From: an uncultured Gammaproteobacteria bacterium
Lineage (GTDB): Bacteria > Patescibacteriota > Microgenomatia > 0-14-0-10-38-17
Assembly (NCBI GenBank): GCA_964348895.1
Contig: CAYGEH010000001.1
Location: 182,610 to 246,609 of the forward strand
Reading direction: 5' to 3'
DNA length: 64,000 nt
The notes beneath the pieces were generated by a model that was not told the DNA's origin, did not search any database, and worked only from the letters and a program-made list of their open reading frames with translations. The position numbers and the translations under genes were made by a program. Below are positions 20,817 to 31,131 of the stretch, piece after piece (position 1 is the first letter of the stretch; each line of letters opens with the position of its first letter).

Positions 20817-21006
20817 TTCTCTTTGTTTTATTTCTTTTTCAAGAAAACCTAGCCTTTTTACTGTTTAAATAAAAACTAAGATTTGTTTTTATTTAAGAAA
20901 ACAATTAGCAGTTAAAAATGGCTAATTGTTTAATTGTGGGTAGTGTAACATAATTAAAACTATAAGTCAAGACTCGTTTTTCTGTCCTCCTTCGTGGCTT
21001 GAATAA

Positions 21007-21461
21007 TCAGACTAACATCGCGTGTTGGCAAAACCTCTTGACCAGCCCTGGTAATAATCTCTCCTTTTCTACTCTTTGTCCGTTTTGAATTAGTGGTTCA
21101 CCAACAAAAATATATCTTCCTTCTAGCTTGCCATCTTCACTTGTAAGTATGATTACTTTTTGAGGACTGTTTTTCCCTGACCACTCCACTCTGCCAGAAA
21201 AAACAGCATAAATGGGCTCTTCTTTTAGAAGAAGAACTCCCCAGTCACTAACATTGTAATCTAGTTGAACTTTTTTCCCCGCAACAATCTTTCTTCTTCT
21301 ACCGGAGGCCCAAAAATGTCAGCTGGAAGATAAGGAGCTGGGTCTGGAAGAAAAACTTCTATTTGAGATTCTTGAGGCGGAGGAACCTGAAGGTCGACTT
21401 TTTCCCCTTCTCTTCTTGTTTGAAAAATAAAATAAATCCCCCAACCGACTAAAGTTAACAA
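21007..21461 (-). pseudogene. Frameshift-split gene for a small membrane-anchored protein with a beta-barrel-like (M23/LytM-like, non-catalytic) C-terminal domain
   Basis: ORFs 21261..21461 and 21007..21189 are joined by a single +/-1 shift near the G4A6 run at about 21263-21319. The second frame is open from 21318. The fused product is about 140 aa with an N-terminal TM segment. Confidence 0.4.
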
Positions 21462-21842
21462 CGCTAATCCTAGTGCTAAAAAAAAGAAGAAACTTTCGCC
21501 TGCTATTTTTTTGATAAGACAGGGCTTTAATAATAAATTGATTGTTTTTCTTTTAGAGATGTTAACATCTAACTAAAGAATAAAGAAATAAACGACAACT
21601 GTCAAGAGAAACACACTATAATATAAATAACAAACTGAGTGTTTCTGTCATTTGATTTAGAAAGCTATTAGCATTCTTTGTCGAGTAAGCATTTTTCCTG
21701 CTTGCAGAATCGTCGTCTTCTATTCTTATTCTTCTTGGTGTTTGTTAAACCATAAGTTACAATTTACAAAAACTCTTCTATTCCAAACACCCCAAATCCT
21801 TAAAAAAGACCAATATATCCGACAGTCCTCCCCTCCAGAGCA

Positions 21843-22571
21843 ATGATTTATGATAAAATTACCTTAATGAGAATTCATTTTCTTGAGTTTGGGAAAAAGG
21901 GAAAGCCAATCGTTTTCCTCCACGGCTGGCAACAAAATAGTCGTTCTTTTTTGCCATTAGTCAACTTTCTTTGTCAAAACTATCGCCTCTTTTTGCTTGA
22001 CTTACCCGGCTTTGGACAGAGCGAGGCTCCGCCAAATCACTTTTGTTCAATTGACTATGCCAAGCAAATTCAGGACTGGATTAAAAAAAATAAATTAAGA
22101 AACATTACTTTAGTCGGTCATTCTTTTGGGGGGAAAGTTGCAGCAATAATCGCCTCCCAAAAACCACAATTTCTAGAAAAACTAGTTTTAATTGCCAGTG
22201 CTGGAATTCCCCAACCGCCAAAACACGCCACCTTGTTTAGGTTAATCCCCGATAAATTAAAACAAAAAATTCCTTTGAGGTTTAAATTTATTTTTGCCAG
22301 CGAAGATTATAAAAATGCTGGAGACTTACTAACAATTTTTAAAAGAATTATCGGCGAAGACATTCGACCACTGCTGGCAAAAATTAGGGTGCCAACTCTT
22401 ATTCTTTGGGGCAAGAATGACAATGAGTTGCCCCCTGAAGATGGAAAAACTATAAAGAAATATGTTAAAAACAGTCAGTTGGTTTTTATCGGAAATGGAC
22501 ATTTTCCCTTTTGGGAAAATCCGAAAAACACTTCAACTTTAATTAAAAAATTTATAGAAAATGGGCATTAA
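21843..22571 (+). CDS. Alpha/beta-fold hydrolase
   Basis: Nucleophile elbow GHSFGG; FLHGWQQN region; 242 aa. Confidence 0.7.
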   Translation: MIYDKITLMRIHFLEFGKKGKPIVFLHGWQQNSRSFLPLVNFLCQNYRLFLLDLPGFGQSEAPPNHFCSIDYAKQIQDWIKKNKLRNITLVGHSFGGKVAAIIASQKPQFLEKLVLIASAGIPQPPKHATLFRLIPDKLKQKIPLRFKFIFASEDYKNAGDLLTIFKRIIGEDIRPLLAKIRVPTLILWGKNDNELPPEDGKTIKKYVKNSQLVFIGNGHFPFWENPKNTSTLIKKFIENGH

Positions 22572-23730
22572 ACGCTTAAGAAAATTCATTTATCTTCTCC
22601 AGCTGGAAGAATATCAAACCAGTCGCTACAACTTATGGTTGAAAAAACATTCTATTGATCGTCTTGAAGAAAGAAAAAATAAGCTTCGTTGGACAACTAG
22701 GGCAAGGTTAACCCTGGCTCTTTCTTTACTTCTTAACATCTTCTCCCCAGAAGAAAAATCAGTCGAAAATGCTAATCGTTTTTTGGGGCCATTTTTTAAA
22801 ATGGCCCAAAAGCTAATCATTTTGATCGCTAAATTAAAATTAAGATTTTTTTCCCCAATAACCAGAGTCGTTGTTGTCGGAAGCTATGGCAAAACGACTT
22901 TTAAAGAAATGCTTGCCTGGGTCTTGGCAACAAATAGTTCCGTTTTTAAAACTCCTGGCAATATTAACACTGCTATCGGTATCGCCCAAGTAATACTTAA
23001 GAATTTAAAAAAACATCACCAGTTAATGATTATTGAGGCTGATGCTTACCAGGCGGGAGAAATAAAGGAAATTTGCCAGTTGATTGCGCCAAACTTTGGC
23101 GTGATTACCGTTATCGGCTGGATGCATCTTGAAAGATTTGGGAGCGTTGATAATATCCGCTCGACAAAGTTTGAAATGGCGGAATTCATAAAAGATAAAA
23201 ATAGGTTTTTTTATCCCCCAAAAGACCATCAGTTTATTAATTTTGAAAAAACAGTTGAAAAAATTGCTGGCAAACTTTTCGTTCCAACTTCAACAATTAA
23301 AGAAAGAATCGCCAGCTTCACTCCACCAGATCATCGCTTAACAGTCAAAAAGGTTAGCCAAAAAATGATTTTATTGGACGATTCTTATAATTCTAATCCT
23401 TTGGGTTTCCAAAAAGCTCTGGATAAACTAAAAAGCTACCCCCATCACCAAAGAATTGTCGTTACTCCAGGCATGATCGAACTTGGCAGCCAACAATTCT
23501 CTTTAAATGAAACCGCTGGGTTTGAGACGGCAAAAATTGCTGATATTTTCGTCATTGTCGGAAAGACTAATCAAAGAGCGCTCTTGAGTGGTGCCAAAAA
23601 AGCAAAAAGAAAGAAGCTAAGAATCATCTTTATTGATAAAAACGACCGTTTTGCTGATAAAATTAATGCGTTTTTACGCCCTCCAGCGGCAATTCTGCTT
23701 GAAAATGATTTGCCCGACCACTACTTTTGA
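22561..23730 (+). CDS. Mur ligase family protein, MurF-like (UDP-MurNAc-tripeptide--D-Ala-D-Ala ligase) with a divergent N-terminus
   Basis: P-loop VVGSYGKTTFKEM, DDSYNSNP and TPGMIELG motifs as in MurF; convergent with ddl. Confidence 0.6.
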   Translation: MGIKRLRKFIYLLQLEEYQTSRYNLWLKKHSIDRLEERKNKLRWTTRARLTLALSLLLNIFSPEEKSVENANRFLGPFFKMAQKLIILIAKLKLRFFSPITRVVVVGSYGKTTFKEMLAWVLATNSSVFKTPGNINTAIGIAQVILKNLKKHHQLMIIEADAYQAGEIKEICQLIAPNFGVITVIGWMHLERFGSVDNIRSTKFEMAEFIKDKNRFFYPPKDHQFINFEKTVEKIAGKLFVPTSTIKERIASFTPPDHRLTVKKVSQKMILLDDSYNSNPLGFQKALDKLKSYPHHQRIVVTPGMIELGSQQFSLNETAGFETAKIADIFVIVGKTNQRALLSGAKKAKRKKLRIIFIDKNDRFADKINAFLRPPAAILLENDLPDHYF

Positions 23731-24875
23731 GACAAAATTTCACTCTCAAAAGAGAATTTTAATTTATTGGTCGCTCTTTTTCTCTCTTTGGCCAAAATAA
23801 TCATTTTTTCAACAAGTTCTGATCGCTTTATTCCGCTTGCCTCCCAAAGATAGAAAGCCAAAGAACCCGGAATGGTGTTTATTTCGTTAGGATAAATTTT
23901 CCCAGTCTTTTTTTGATAAAGAAAGTCCACTCTGGCCATACCCCAACCGACTATTCTTGGAAAAATAATCTGGGTCATCTGTCTGATTTCCTCGGATATT
24001 TTCTCTGGAATGGGAGCCGGAATAATTCGAGCAAGGCCAGCCATTCCCTTGCTTTTCCCTCCTTTTAAATACTTTTCCTTAAAGGATAGAAATTTATCTT
24101 CAGAAATTGGCTGTTCACAAACAGAAACAATTAGCCTGTTTCCACCCAGCGCCGCACAATTAATATCAACTGCTCCTTCAATGCTTTTTTCAACTAAAAT
24201 TTTAAAATCATAAAGCAGGGCTAAATTAATAGCTTTTGTCAGTTCATTTTTATTATCTACCTTGCTAATACCGATACTAGAGCCACCTCTTGCCGGTTTA
24301 ATAAAAACGGGGTATTTAATTTTCTTCTCAATCCGGCTAATAATTACTTTGGGTTTATTTTTAAATTCATAGCCATAAAAACTCAAATAAGGAGCAACTC
24401 TAAAGCCACACCTTACAAGAAGATCTTTTGTTAAAACCTTATCCATACTTAATCCACTACCCAAAACATCACTTCCAGTATAAGGAATATCAAAAAAATC
24501 AAGAAGGCCCTGTAGTTCACCATTTTCACCACTTCCACCATGCGTCAAAAGCAGTGCCGCACCTAAATCAACATGTTTTTTTAACAAACCTTGCTTAAAC
24601 TCAATTCCCCCCTTAACAAAATTAACATTAATTTTTTGCCTAAGCACTTTTTTAATAAACTTTTGCGGTTCATCCCCTTGAAGAAGTGGACACAGAAAAC
24701 TGTTGTTTTGTTGATCTAAATAGATTAGATAACATTTAAATTTTTGTTGATTAATCCAACTCCACACTTGAAAAGCGGTTACAATTGAAACCTCATGTTC
24801 GGAAGATTTGCCTCCAAAAACCACGGCGAGATTAAGTTGTTTGCCTTTCATCACTTTTTTGATTTTAACAGACAC
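23721..24875 (-). CDS. ddl: D-alanine--D-alanine ligase-like ATP-grasp enzyme
   Basis: N-terminal VVFGGKSSEHEVS, ATP-grasp core, C-terminal EINTIPG; 384 aa. Confidence 0.75.
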   Translation of the reverse strand: MSVKIKKVMKGKQLNLAVVFGGKSSEHEVSIVTAFQVWSWINQQKFKCYLIYLDQQNNSFLCPLLQGDEPQKFIKKVLRQKINVNFVKGGIEFKQGLLKKHVDLGAALLLTHGGSGENGELQGLLDFFDIPYTGSDVLGSGLSMDKVLTKDLLVRCGFRVAPYLSFYGYEFKNKPKVIISRIEKKIKYPVFIKPARGGSSIGISKVDNKNELTKAINLALLYDFKILVEKSIEGAVDINCAALGGNRLIVSVCEQPISEDKFLSFKEKYLKGGKSKGMAGLARIIPAPIPEKISEEIRQMTQIIFPRIVGWGMARVDFLYQKKTGKIYPNEINTIPGSLAFYLWEASGIKRSELVEKMIILAKERKRATNKLKFSFESEILSQK

Positions 24876-25168
24876 TGAGGGTGGGGACTAGTCTTAACTC
24901 CAGTCGCCTCACAAAACGCGGGTCGTGGCTTAACACCATAGTCGCGACATTTACTTTGGCCAAAATCAAAGCGATCACAATTATAAACACCAACCACTTG
25001 CTCATGCCCAAGAGAATCTAAAACCAATTCCTGACCCGTTCGTTGAATAAACGGAAAGGCTTTTAATTCTTTTCGAAGATTAATTGGATCGTTAAGTTCG
25101 GAGGTAATTTTAAAATCAAAACAGCAACTTCTAGAACAACTTTCACAAAGATTCATGAAAAAAAACAA
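24851..25168 (-). CDS. YkgJ-family (CxxCxxCC) putative zinc/iron-chelating protein
   Basis: N-terminal CESCSRSCC motif; 105 aa; overlaps the ddl start by 25 nt. Confidence 0.5.
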   Translation of the reverse strand: MFFFMNLCESCSRSCCFDFKITSELNDPINLRKELKAFPFIQRTGQELVLDSLGHEQVVGVYNCDRFDFGQSKCRDYGVKPRPAFCEATGVKTSPHPQCLLKSKK

Positions 25169-25379
25169 ATTAACTTTATTACCCTACTCGTAGCCAAAGC
25201 CAAAACAACATTTTTAACTTGACTCCAAGAAGATGACTCTTTTCTAGACACCTTAGCAAGATTGTATCATCAAATAACTATAAGTCAAGATTTTTCTCTA
25301 AAAAAACCCTTAACAATTAGCCAAAAAAAGTTTTCCCCTCTTTCCAAAACCTTTTCTTCTATTTATACTAAAGGCCAGA

Positions 25380-27011
25380 ATGATTAACACCGCCATTAAA
25401 AACGGCAAAAAGTTTTTCTCTCAACAGCAAACTGGAATTTTTTCTGCTGCCTTTACTATTGGTTTGGCAATGTTGGGGTCGGCTATTTTGGGCATTTTGC
25501 GTGATCGACTCCTCTACGCTAGGTTTTTCGCTACACGAGCTGGAGAATTAGATGTTTATAACGCTGCTTTTAAAATTCCCGATATTCTTTTTCAAATTTT
25601 AATCACTGGGGCCCTGTCGGCCGCTTTCATTCCTATCTTTTCCGAGCTAATTAACAAAAATCCTAAAATTACCAACAGGGTCGCCTCTATTATGCTCAAC
25701 TGGCTACTTTTAATTTTTATGGTTTTGGGGGTGTTAATTTTTATTTTCGCCCATCCCTTATCAAACTTAATTACCTTTAACTTTTCTCCAGAACAAATTG
25801 ATCTAATGACTCTTTTGACCAGAATTCTTGTTTTGGCCCAACTTTTTTTGGTTGCCTCAACCTTCTTAACAGGAATCATTCACTCTCATCAGCGCTTCAT
25901 TTTGCCAGCACTATCTCCCATTGTTTATAATTTGGGAATTATTGCTGGAATTATTTTCTTTTCCGACCGTTTTGGAATTGTGGGTCCAACTATCGGTGTT
26001 GTTATTGGTGCTTTCTTACATCTTCTGGTTCAGGTTCCTCTGACCATTTCTTTGGGGTTTTCTTTTAAGCCTTTTCTTTTTGATTTTTCTGATCCAATTG
26101 TTAGAAAAATTATTAATTTAATGGCTCCAAGAAACTTAAGTCTAATTATTGCCCAAGTAGAGGCAATAATTATTATCTATTGGGCCACCTCCGCTGGAGA
26201 GGGCATGCTGTCTCTATTTTATTTGGCCCAACATTTATCCCAACTCCCAGTTAGGTTAATTGGGGCAACCATAGGCCAGGCAACTCTCCCTGCTCTGTCT
26301 TATCAAAAAGCCAAAAACGGACTGAATTCTTTTGGACAACTATTGCGACAAACCTTTTCTCAAACCGCCTATTTGGCTCTGCCAGTAACAGCTTTGATTT
26401 TGGCCTTAAGAATCCCCCTGGTAAGGTTAGCTTTCGGAGCTCAAGAATTCCCCTGGGAGGCAACTGTTTTAACTGGACAAATTTTGGCTATTTTATCCGT
26501 GGCGATTTTAGCTCAAACTCTATGTGAAATTACCCGCCGAGCCTTCTATGCTTTTGCTGACACCAAAACCGTTTTATTTATTGATGGTTTGGCAACAGTT
26601 GCTAATCTAATTTTTATCGCCATTGCCACCAGGTTGGGCTGGGGAATTTTGGGTTTAACCGCTGGTATTTCTTTGTCTAATTTAATTCGTCTAGTTCTTT
26701 TCTCGATTAAATTAGAAGAAAAAATTAATTTAATTAATCAGAAAGATTTTGTTTCTTGGGTCAAAATGATAATTTCGGCTATCTTTAGTGTTTTGGTTTC
26801 TTGGCAAACAATGAAACTTCTAGATCGCTTTGTTTTTGACACCACCAGGGTAGTTCCATTAATCTTTTTAACTGCTATTTCTGCCCTAGCTGGTCTTGCT
26901 ACTTATCTTCTTTTCTCTTGGCAGCTAAGGGTGGCTGAATTTAGTCAATTTGCCACTCTGGTAACCAGGCTTATTCGCAGCCCCTTCTGGGCCAAAAAGG
27001 CCGATCAGTAA
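25380..27011 (+). CDS. murJ: Lipid II flippase MurJ (MviN)
   Basis: 14-TM MOP-family topology; RDRLLYARFFATRAGELDVYNAAFKIPD MurJ N-terminal signature. Confidence 0.8.
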   Translation: MINTAIKNGKKFFSQQQTGIFSAAFTIGLAMLGSAILGILRDRLLYARFFATRAGELDVYNAAFKIPDILFQILITGALSAAFIPIFSELINKNPKITNRVASIMLNWLLLIFMVLGVLIFIFAHPLSNLITFNFSPEQIDLMTLLTRILVLAQLFLVASTFLTGIIHSHQRFILPALSPIVYNLGIIAGIIFFSDRFGIVGPTIGVVIGAFLHLLVQVPLTISLGFSFKPFLFDFSDPIVRKIINLMAPRNLSLIIAQVEAIIIIYWATSAGEGMLSLFYLAQHLSQLPVRLIGATIGQATLPALSYQKAKNGLNSFGQLLRQTFSQTAYLALPVTALILALRIPLVRLAFGAQEFPWEATVLTGQILAILSVAILAQTLCEITRRAFYAFADTKTVLFIDGLATVANLIFIAIATRLGWGILGLTAGISLSNLIRLVLFSIKLEEKINLINQKDFVSWVKMIISAIFSVLVSWQTMKLLDRFVFDTTRVVPLIFLTAISALAGLATYLLFSWQLRVAEFSQFATLVTRLIRSPFWAKKADQ

Positions 27012-27151
27012 AGTAAACAATTAAAGTTGACTGTTTCCGTTTTGAAAAAAATAAATTGAACCAAAAAATATTTTTAAAGCCTAAGCTGGCGTTCTTTTGT
27101 CAGCTTCTTTTTGTGCTACAATAAATCTTGCCTTAGCAAACTAAAACTATT

Positions 27152-27223
27152 GGCCTGGTCGCCAAGCAGTAAGGCAAGGGTCTGCAAAACCCTCATTCGT
27201 GGGTGCGATTCCCACCCAGGCCT
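27152..27223 (+). tRNA. tRNA-Cys (GCA)
   Basis: Cloverleaf checked by hand: acceptor GGCCTGG/CCAGGCC, anticodon stem AGGGT/ACCCT, loop CTGCAAA, T-arm GTGGG-TGCGATT-CCCAC. Confidence 0.85.
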
Positions 27224-27261
27224 CCCATTCTTGGCTCTAAAAAACAAAAACTAGTGATTTA

Positions 27262-28083
27262 ATGAAAAAGATTATTCTGCCAATTGCTGCAATACTAGTT
27301 GTCGGACTAGTAGGCCTTTCTTTTCGCCATTCTCTTTTTTCTGATCCCGGAGTTTTAGAAATCATTACCACCCCCTCAACTCAGGTTGTTATTAACGGAG
27401 AGGCTTTGGGAACAACCCCCTTCAAAAGAGAAATGTCTCCTCAAAGAGTCGAGGTTAAGCTTTTGTCTAGTGATGATGGTCAGCAAATTCTCTGGCAGGG
27501 AGGCGTTTCTGTTGTTTCTTCCGCACTTACTTTAATTAAATATCAATTTGAAAGCAGTCAACAGCAAAGTTATGGTGAAATACTTACTTTCAGTAAAATT
27601 CCTGACAAAAATAACGGAGCCTTGTTAGTTTCTTCTTTTCCAGACAGAGCAATTGTTAATCTTGACGGCGAAACCAAGGGTTATACTCCAATACTTTTAG
27701 AAAACGTCCCTTCTGGTCGACATAATTTAGAACTTAGCCTTGCTGGCCACGAAAACACTGTTATTGGACTCAATGTCGCCACTGGATTTCAACTCAATGC
27801 AGAAATAAAAATGGCTAAACTTAAAGAAGTGGTTGAAGAAGAAAATGTCAATTTACCAAGCGATCAAGAAAGGCTTGTAACTATTCTTGCCACCTCTACT
27901 GGCTGGCTAAGAGTAAGAAGCGGCCCTGGAACTCAGTTCCCAGAAACCGCTCGAATCAATCCAGGAGGACAATATCCCCTTTTAGAAGAAGAGGGTGACT
28001 GGCTAAAAATTGCCCTAGAAGAAGACAAAGAGGGGTGGATATCAGCCCAGTATGGAGAGATAGTTGAAGTAGAAAGTCTTTAA
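27262..28083 (+). CDS. Secreted PEGA-repeat protein with C-terminal SH3b domain
   Basis: Signal anchor; two PEGA-like repeats (VINGEALGTTPF; VNLDGETKGYTPILLENVPSGRHNLEL); C-terminal SH3_3-like region GWLRVRSGPG...GDWLKI. Confidence 0.6.
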   Translation: MKKIILPIAAILVVGLVGLSFRHSLFSDPGVLEIITTPSTQVVINGEALGTTPFKREMSPQRVEVKLLSSDDGQQILWQGGVSVVSSALTLIKYQFESSQQQSYGEILTFSKIPDKNNGALLVSSFPDRAIVNLDGETKGYTPILLENVPSGRHNLELSLAGHENTVIGLNVATGFQLNAEIKMAKLKEVVEEENVNLPSDQERLVTILATSTGWLRVRSGPGTQFPETARINPGGQYPLLEEEGDWLKIALEEDKEGWISAQYGEIVEVESL

Positions 28084-28139
28084 TTTTTTTTAAAGTAAAA
28101 ATCTATTCTTAAAAAAGAACAATTTTTCTTTCAACCCCA

Positions 28140-29222
28140 TTAGCTTTCGCCCCTACCTCTTCCTTTCTCAAAAAAAAGCTTAAACCAAGCCGAAAAAGCG
28201 ACCAAAATAACAAAAACCATTACTATGGCATAAAACTTCTGTTGGGAATTTAACGACAAAGCAATTATTCCTAAAACTAAAGACGAGAAGAGATAAAACA
28301 GAGCAATCGCTCGTTTGCTTAAGCCAAGATCTAAAAACTTATGGTGTAAATGGCCTCTATCTCCCCAAACTGGAGACTTTCCCTTAGACAGGCGTCTTAA
28401 AATGGCAATTAGAGCATCCATGGTTGGTATTCCCAAAACTAAAATCGCAGTCGCAACCTTTGCTCCAGAAAGAATCGCTAAAACACCTAAAAAAAATCCA
28501 GCCAAACTTTTTCCGCTATATCCTGGCATAATTTTTTGCGGATAAAAATTCCAGGGCAAGAAACCAAAATAAGCCCCAGAGACAGACGCCGACAAAACAA
28601 TGACCGGCCATTGGGTAACGTCAGCACTAAACCTTAGCCCTAGAACCGCCATTACCAAAGCAGCAATAAAAACAAAAGCTGGTAATTGACCATCTACTCC
28701 TGACGACCAGCCAACAACATTCATATTCCAAACCAACCAAAGAAGCCCAAAAAGGCTTGATAAAATCCACAAAGACCTTGTCTGGCCTAGAAATTCAAAA
28801 ATAAGCTGAGGTTGATCAAGACGAATTAGACCATTAAAGGGGTTGGTAATAAAAGCGATGCCAATTCCCGCCCCAACAACAGACAGAGCCGCCAAGCAAT
28901 TAAAAAACAATCTCAAATAGGGGTTTAAATTAAATTTATCATCAAATAAACCAACCACCAAGGTTATCAAAGCACCAATAAAGATTCCCCACCAGTGCTT
29001 GTCCATCGGCAACCAAAGAAAGCTAGTCAAAAAAACAGCCAAGAAAACTGGTAGGCCTCCGCCTCTAGGAACTGGATATTGGTGAACCACTTTAGGATGA
29101 TGGTGTTTCTTGGGGTCATCAATTCCAATCAGCTTCGTCCGCCAAGCCAGTATTATCGTTGCCTTGGTGAAAATAAAACTTAAAAGCAGTGAAACTAAAA
29201 ATGGACCAAAGAAGCGACTCAT
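28140..29222 (-). CDS. Polyprenol-phosphate HexNAc-1-phosphate transferase (WecA/TagO/MraY glycosyltransferase family 4)
   Basis: Motif DDPKKHHHPKVVHQYPVPRGGG (the WecA DxxxxRKxHxxPxPxxGG motif); 10-11 TM helices; 360 aa. Confidence 0.7.
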   Translation of the reverse strand: MSRFFGPFLVSLLLSFIFTKATIILAWRTKLIGIDDPKKHHHPKVVHQYPVPRGGGLPVFLAVFLTSFLWLPMDKHWWGIFIGALITLVVGLFDDKFNLNPYLRLFFNCLAALSVVGAGIGIAFITNPFNGLIRLDQPQLIFEFLGQTRSLWILSSLFGLLWLVWNMNVVGWSSGVDGQLPAFVFIAALVMAVLGLRFSADVTQWPVIVLSASVSGAYFGFLPWNFYPQKIMPGYSGKSLAGFFLGVLAILSGAKVATAILVLGIPTMDALIAILRRLSKGKSPVWGDRGHLHHKFLDLGLSKRAIALFYLFSSLVLGIIALSLNSQQKFYAIVMVFVILVAFSAWFKLFFEKGRGRGES

Positions 29223-29229
29223 TAATAAG

Positions 29230-29607
29230 CTAAATAATTATAAAAATAATTTGAGCCAAGGTAAAAAAAGCTAAAAAAGCAAAGACTGTTGCTGTCCAAA
29301 TTAAAATTTGCACCAAAAATGGCGAGTCAAAAAATAGACCACTCAAAATAAAATTAAAAATCATAATAAACAAGGACAGGGCTGGCAAAATTAATAATAA
29401 CCAGGGAGAAGCTAATTGGGGATCGCCCCATGGTCGGCTGTAAAAAAGAGGTACTTGAGGTGGTAGCTTGGCCTGAAAAGTAAAAAACAAAACCACCATT
29501 GCCAACACTAAGGCAATTCCAATAAACAAGGCAATTTTAACCTGTTTTTGGTTAAAAACTAGTCCCGGCAACAGGCGTGTTTGGCGTGATAACTTTGGAG
29601 CAATCAA
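29230..29607 (-). CDS. Small polytopic membrane protein, unknown function
   Basis: 125 aa, 3-4 predicted TM helices. Confidence 0.4.
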   Translation of the reverse strand: MIAPKLSRQTRLLPGLVFNQKQVKIALFIGIALVLAMVVLFFTFQAKLPPQVPLFYSRPWGDPQLASPWLLLILPALSLFIMIFNFILSGLFFDSPFLVQILIWTATVFAFLAFFTLAQIIFIII

Positions 29608-29637
29608 ATTGTTTAGGTTTTTTTAATAAAACTTTAT

Positions 29638-31131
29638 CTATAGAGAAAGGTGGCTCCAAACCTGTAGTGAGCCAAACTGCTTAATTGGGTAGTAGTTTTC
29701 AAATAAAAAAGCTAGCAAGTCCGCAAACGAATACCTGTGGTCAAGATCATAAATAATTATTCTTGGAGGATTATTTTTAATGGCAGATAAAACTTCTTGA
29801 TAGCGATTAAAGTCGTGAATGTGATAAGCCACGGTGTAGCGACCAACTGGCAAGCGCCGAGAAAGAGCATATATATTTGGCTCATTACCCCAAATAAAAA
29901 ATCTTTCTCTGGGCAGCAAGAAGTCGTTAAGAAAACTGGCTACTTGATAGTTGCGCTCAGTTTTTTGATCAAACCAATTCAAATAATCGGCCTGAGTTCT
30001 TCTGCCTAAACTAAATTCAATAAAGTTTTGATAATAACCAATCACTGGATATGTATAAAACTGATAATAGAAAAAGCCTGCTAACAACAAAACTATTGGT
30101 GATAAACCAAAAAGAAAATAGGTTATTTTTTCCTTATTTTTTAAAAAAGAAAGTAAAAAGCCGATTAGCAAAACAAGCGGTGCTGCCACCTGAAGAAGAT
30201 AATGAGGATAGGGTCTTGAAGACATAAAAGCACCAAAAATAGCTAAAATTAACCATAATAAAACCAATAAAAACAGCTGTTTCTTAAGTAAAAGTTTTCT
30301 TTTTAGAAAAATAGCCCCTAAAACCAACAATAAAATCAACCCTCGCCAAAATAGCTGCTTAGACAATAAGCTGGTTGCCTCTTGATCCATCCAGGCAAAA
30401 AGATAGGGAAGATTCTGTAACCAGGCCGATTCAAGATAAAACGATAAGGCTCCTGGCTCTAGGGCATAAAGAACAAAAGTCAAGCCAACAGGAATAACAA
30501 AGCCAACCACTAAGGGCCACTTGTTTTTGATTTCAGCAAAAAACTGTTCTCGTTTTGAAAAAGCTAGTAAAAAAGAAAAAATGAGTAGTGACGACCAATC
30601 TAAAAATGGCGGACTTTTAAATAAAAAGGCCACTCCAAACATCAGACCAGAACGCCAAAATCTTTTTTCAATGAAAAAATAAAATCCTAAAATGACTAAA
30701 CCGATAAAGAAATGTTCTGCATTCGTAATCGTTCCTTCAAATAAAGGAAGTGAGGTTAGTAAAATAAAAACTGAAGTTAATAGCAAAGCTAAGCCATCTT
30801 CTTTAAAAAATTTTTTAGCCAATTTAAAAAAAACAACGGTTGTTCCCATTAGCCAAACCATAAGAATAAACCTAAACCAAAAAACGCTTCCCGCAATAGC
30901 CGCTACCCAATAAAGCAGGGGGGGTTTATTGTCATGAATGTCCCGATAAAGAACCTGTCCTTGGCGAATTGCCTGACCTAGGGTTAGGTAAATTCCTTCG
31001 TCCCCATACCAAAAAGGTTCAAAAAGAGATGGAAGCCTAAGTAATAAGGAAATAAACAAGAGAATAACTAAGAAAGCGGGTAAGTCTTTAGTTCTTTCCT
31101 CTAATTTTGCCAGCCAAAAAGAAGGTCTCAT
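29638..31131 (-). CDS. GT-C fold glycosyltransferase (ArnT/PMT family-like)
   Basis: Polytopic membrane protein with a first-loop FWYGDEGIY (DE) motif typical of GT39/GT83 GT-C enzymes; 497 aa. Confidence 0.55.
   Translation of the reverse strand: MRPSFWLAKLEERTKDLPAFLVILLFISLLLRLPSLFEPFWYGDEGIYLTLGQAIRQGQVLYRDIHDNKPPLLYWVAAIAGSVFWFRFILMVWLMGTTVVFFKLAKKFFKEDGLALLLTSVFILLTSLPLFEGTITNAEHFFIGLVILGFYFFIEKRFWRSGLMFGVAFLFKSPPFLDWSSLLIFSFLLAFSKREQFFAEIKNKWPLVVGFVIPVGLTFVLYALEPGALSFYLESAWLQNLPYLFAWMDQEATSLLSKQLFWRGLILLLVLGAIFLKRKLLLKKQLFLLVLLWLILAIFGAFMSSRPYPHYLLQVAAPLVLLIGFLLSFLKNKEKITYFLFGLSPIVLLLAGFFYYQFYTYPVIGYYQNFIEFSLGRRTQADYLNWFDQKTERNYQVASFLNDFLLPRERFFIWGNEPNIYALSRRLPVGRYTVAYHIHDFNRYQEVLSAIKNNPPRIIIYDLDHRYSFADLLAFLFENYYPIKQFGSLQVWSHLSL

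Noticed and set aside
27030-27150. Additional tRNA or ncRNA upstream of tRNA-Cys
   Set aside because: The region folds into a terminator-like hairpin (AAGCTG...CAGCTT plus T-run) after murJ and a possible promoter; no cloverleaf could be built.
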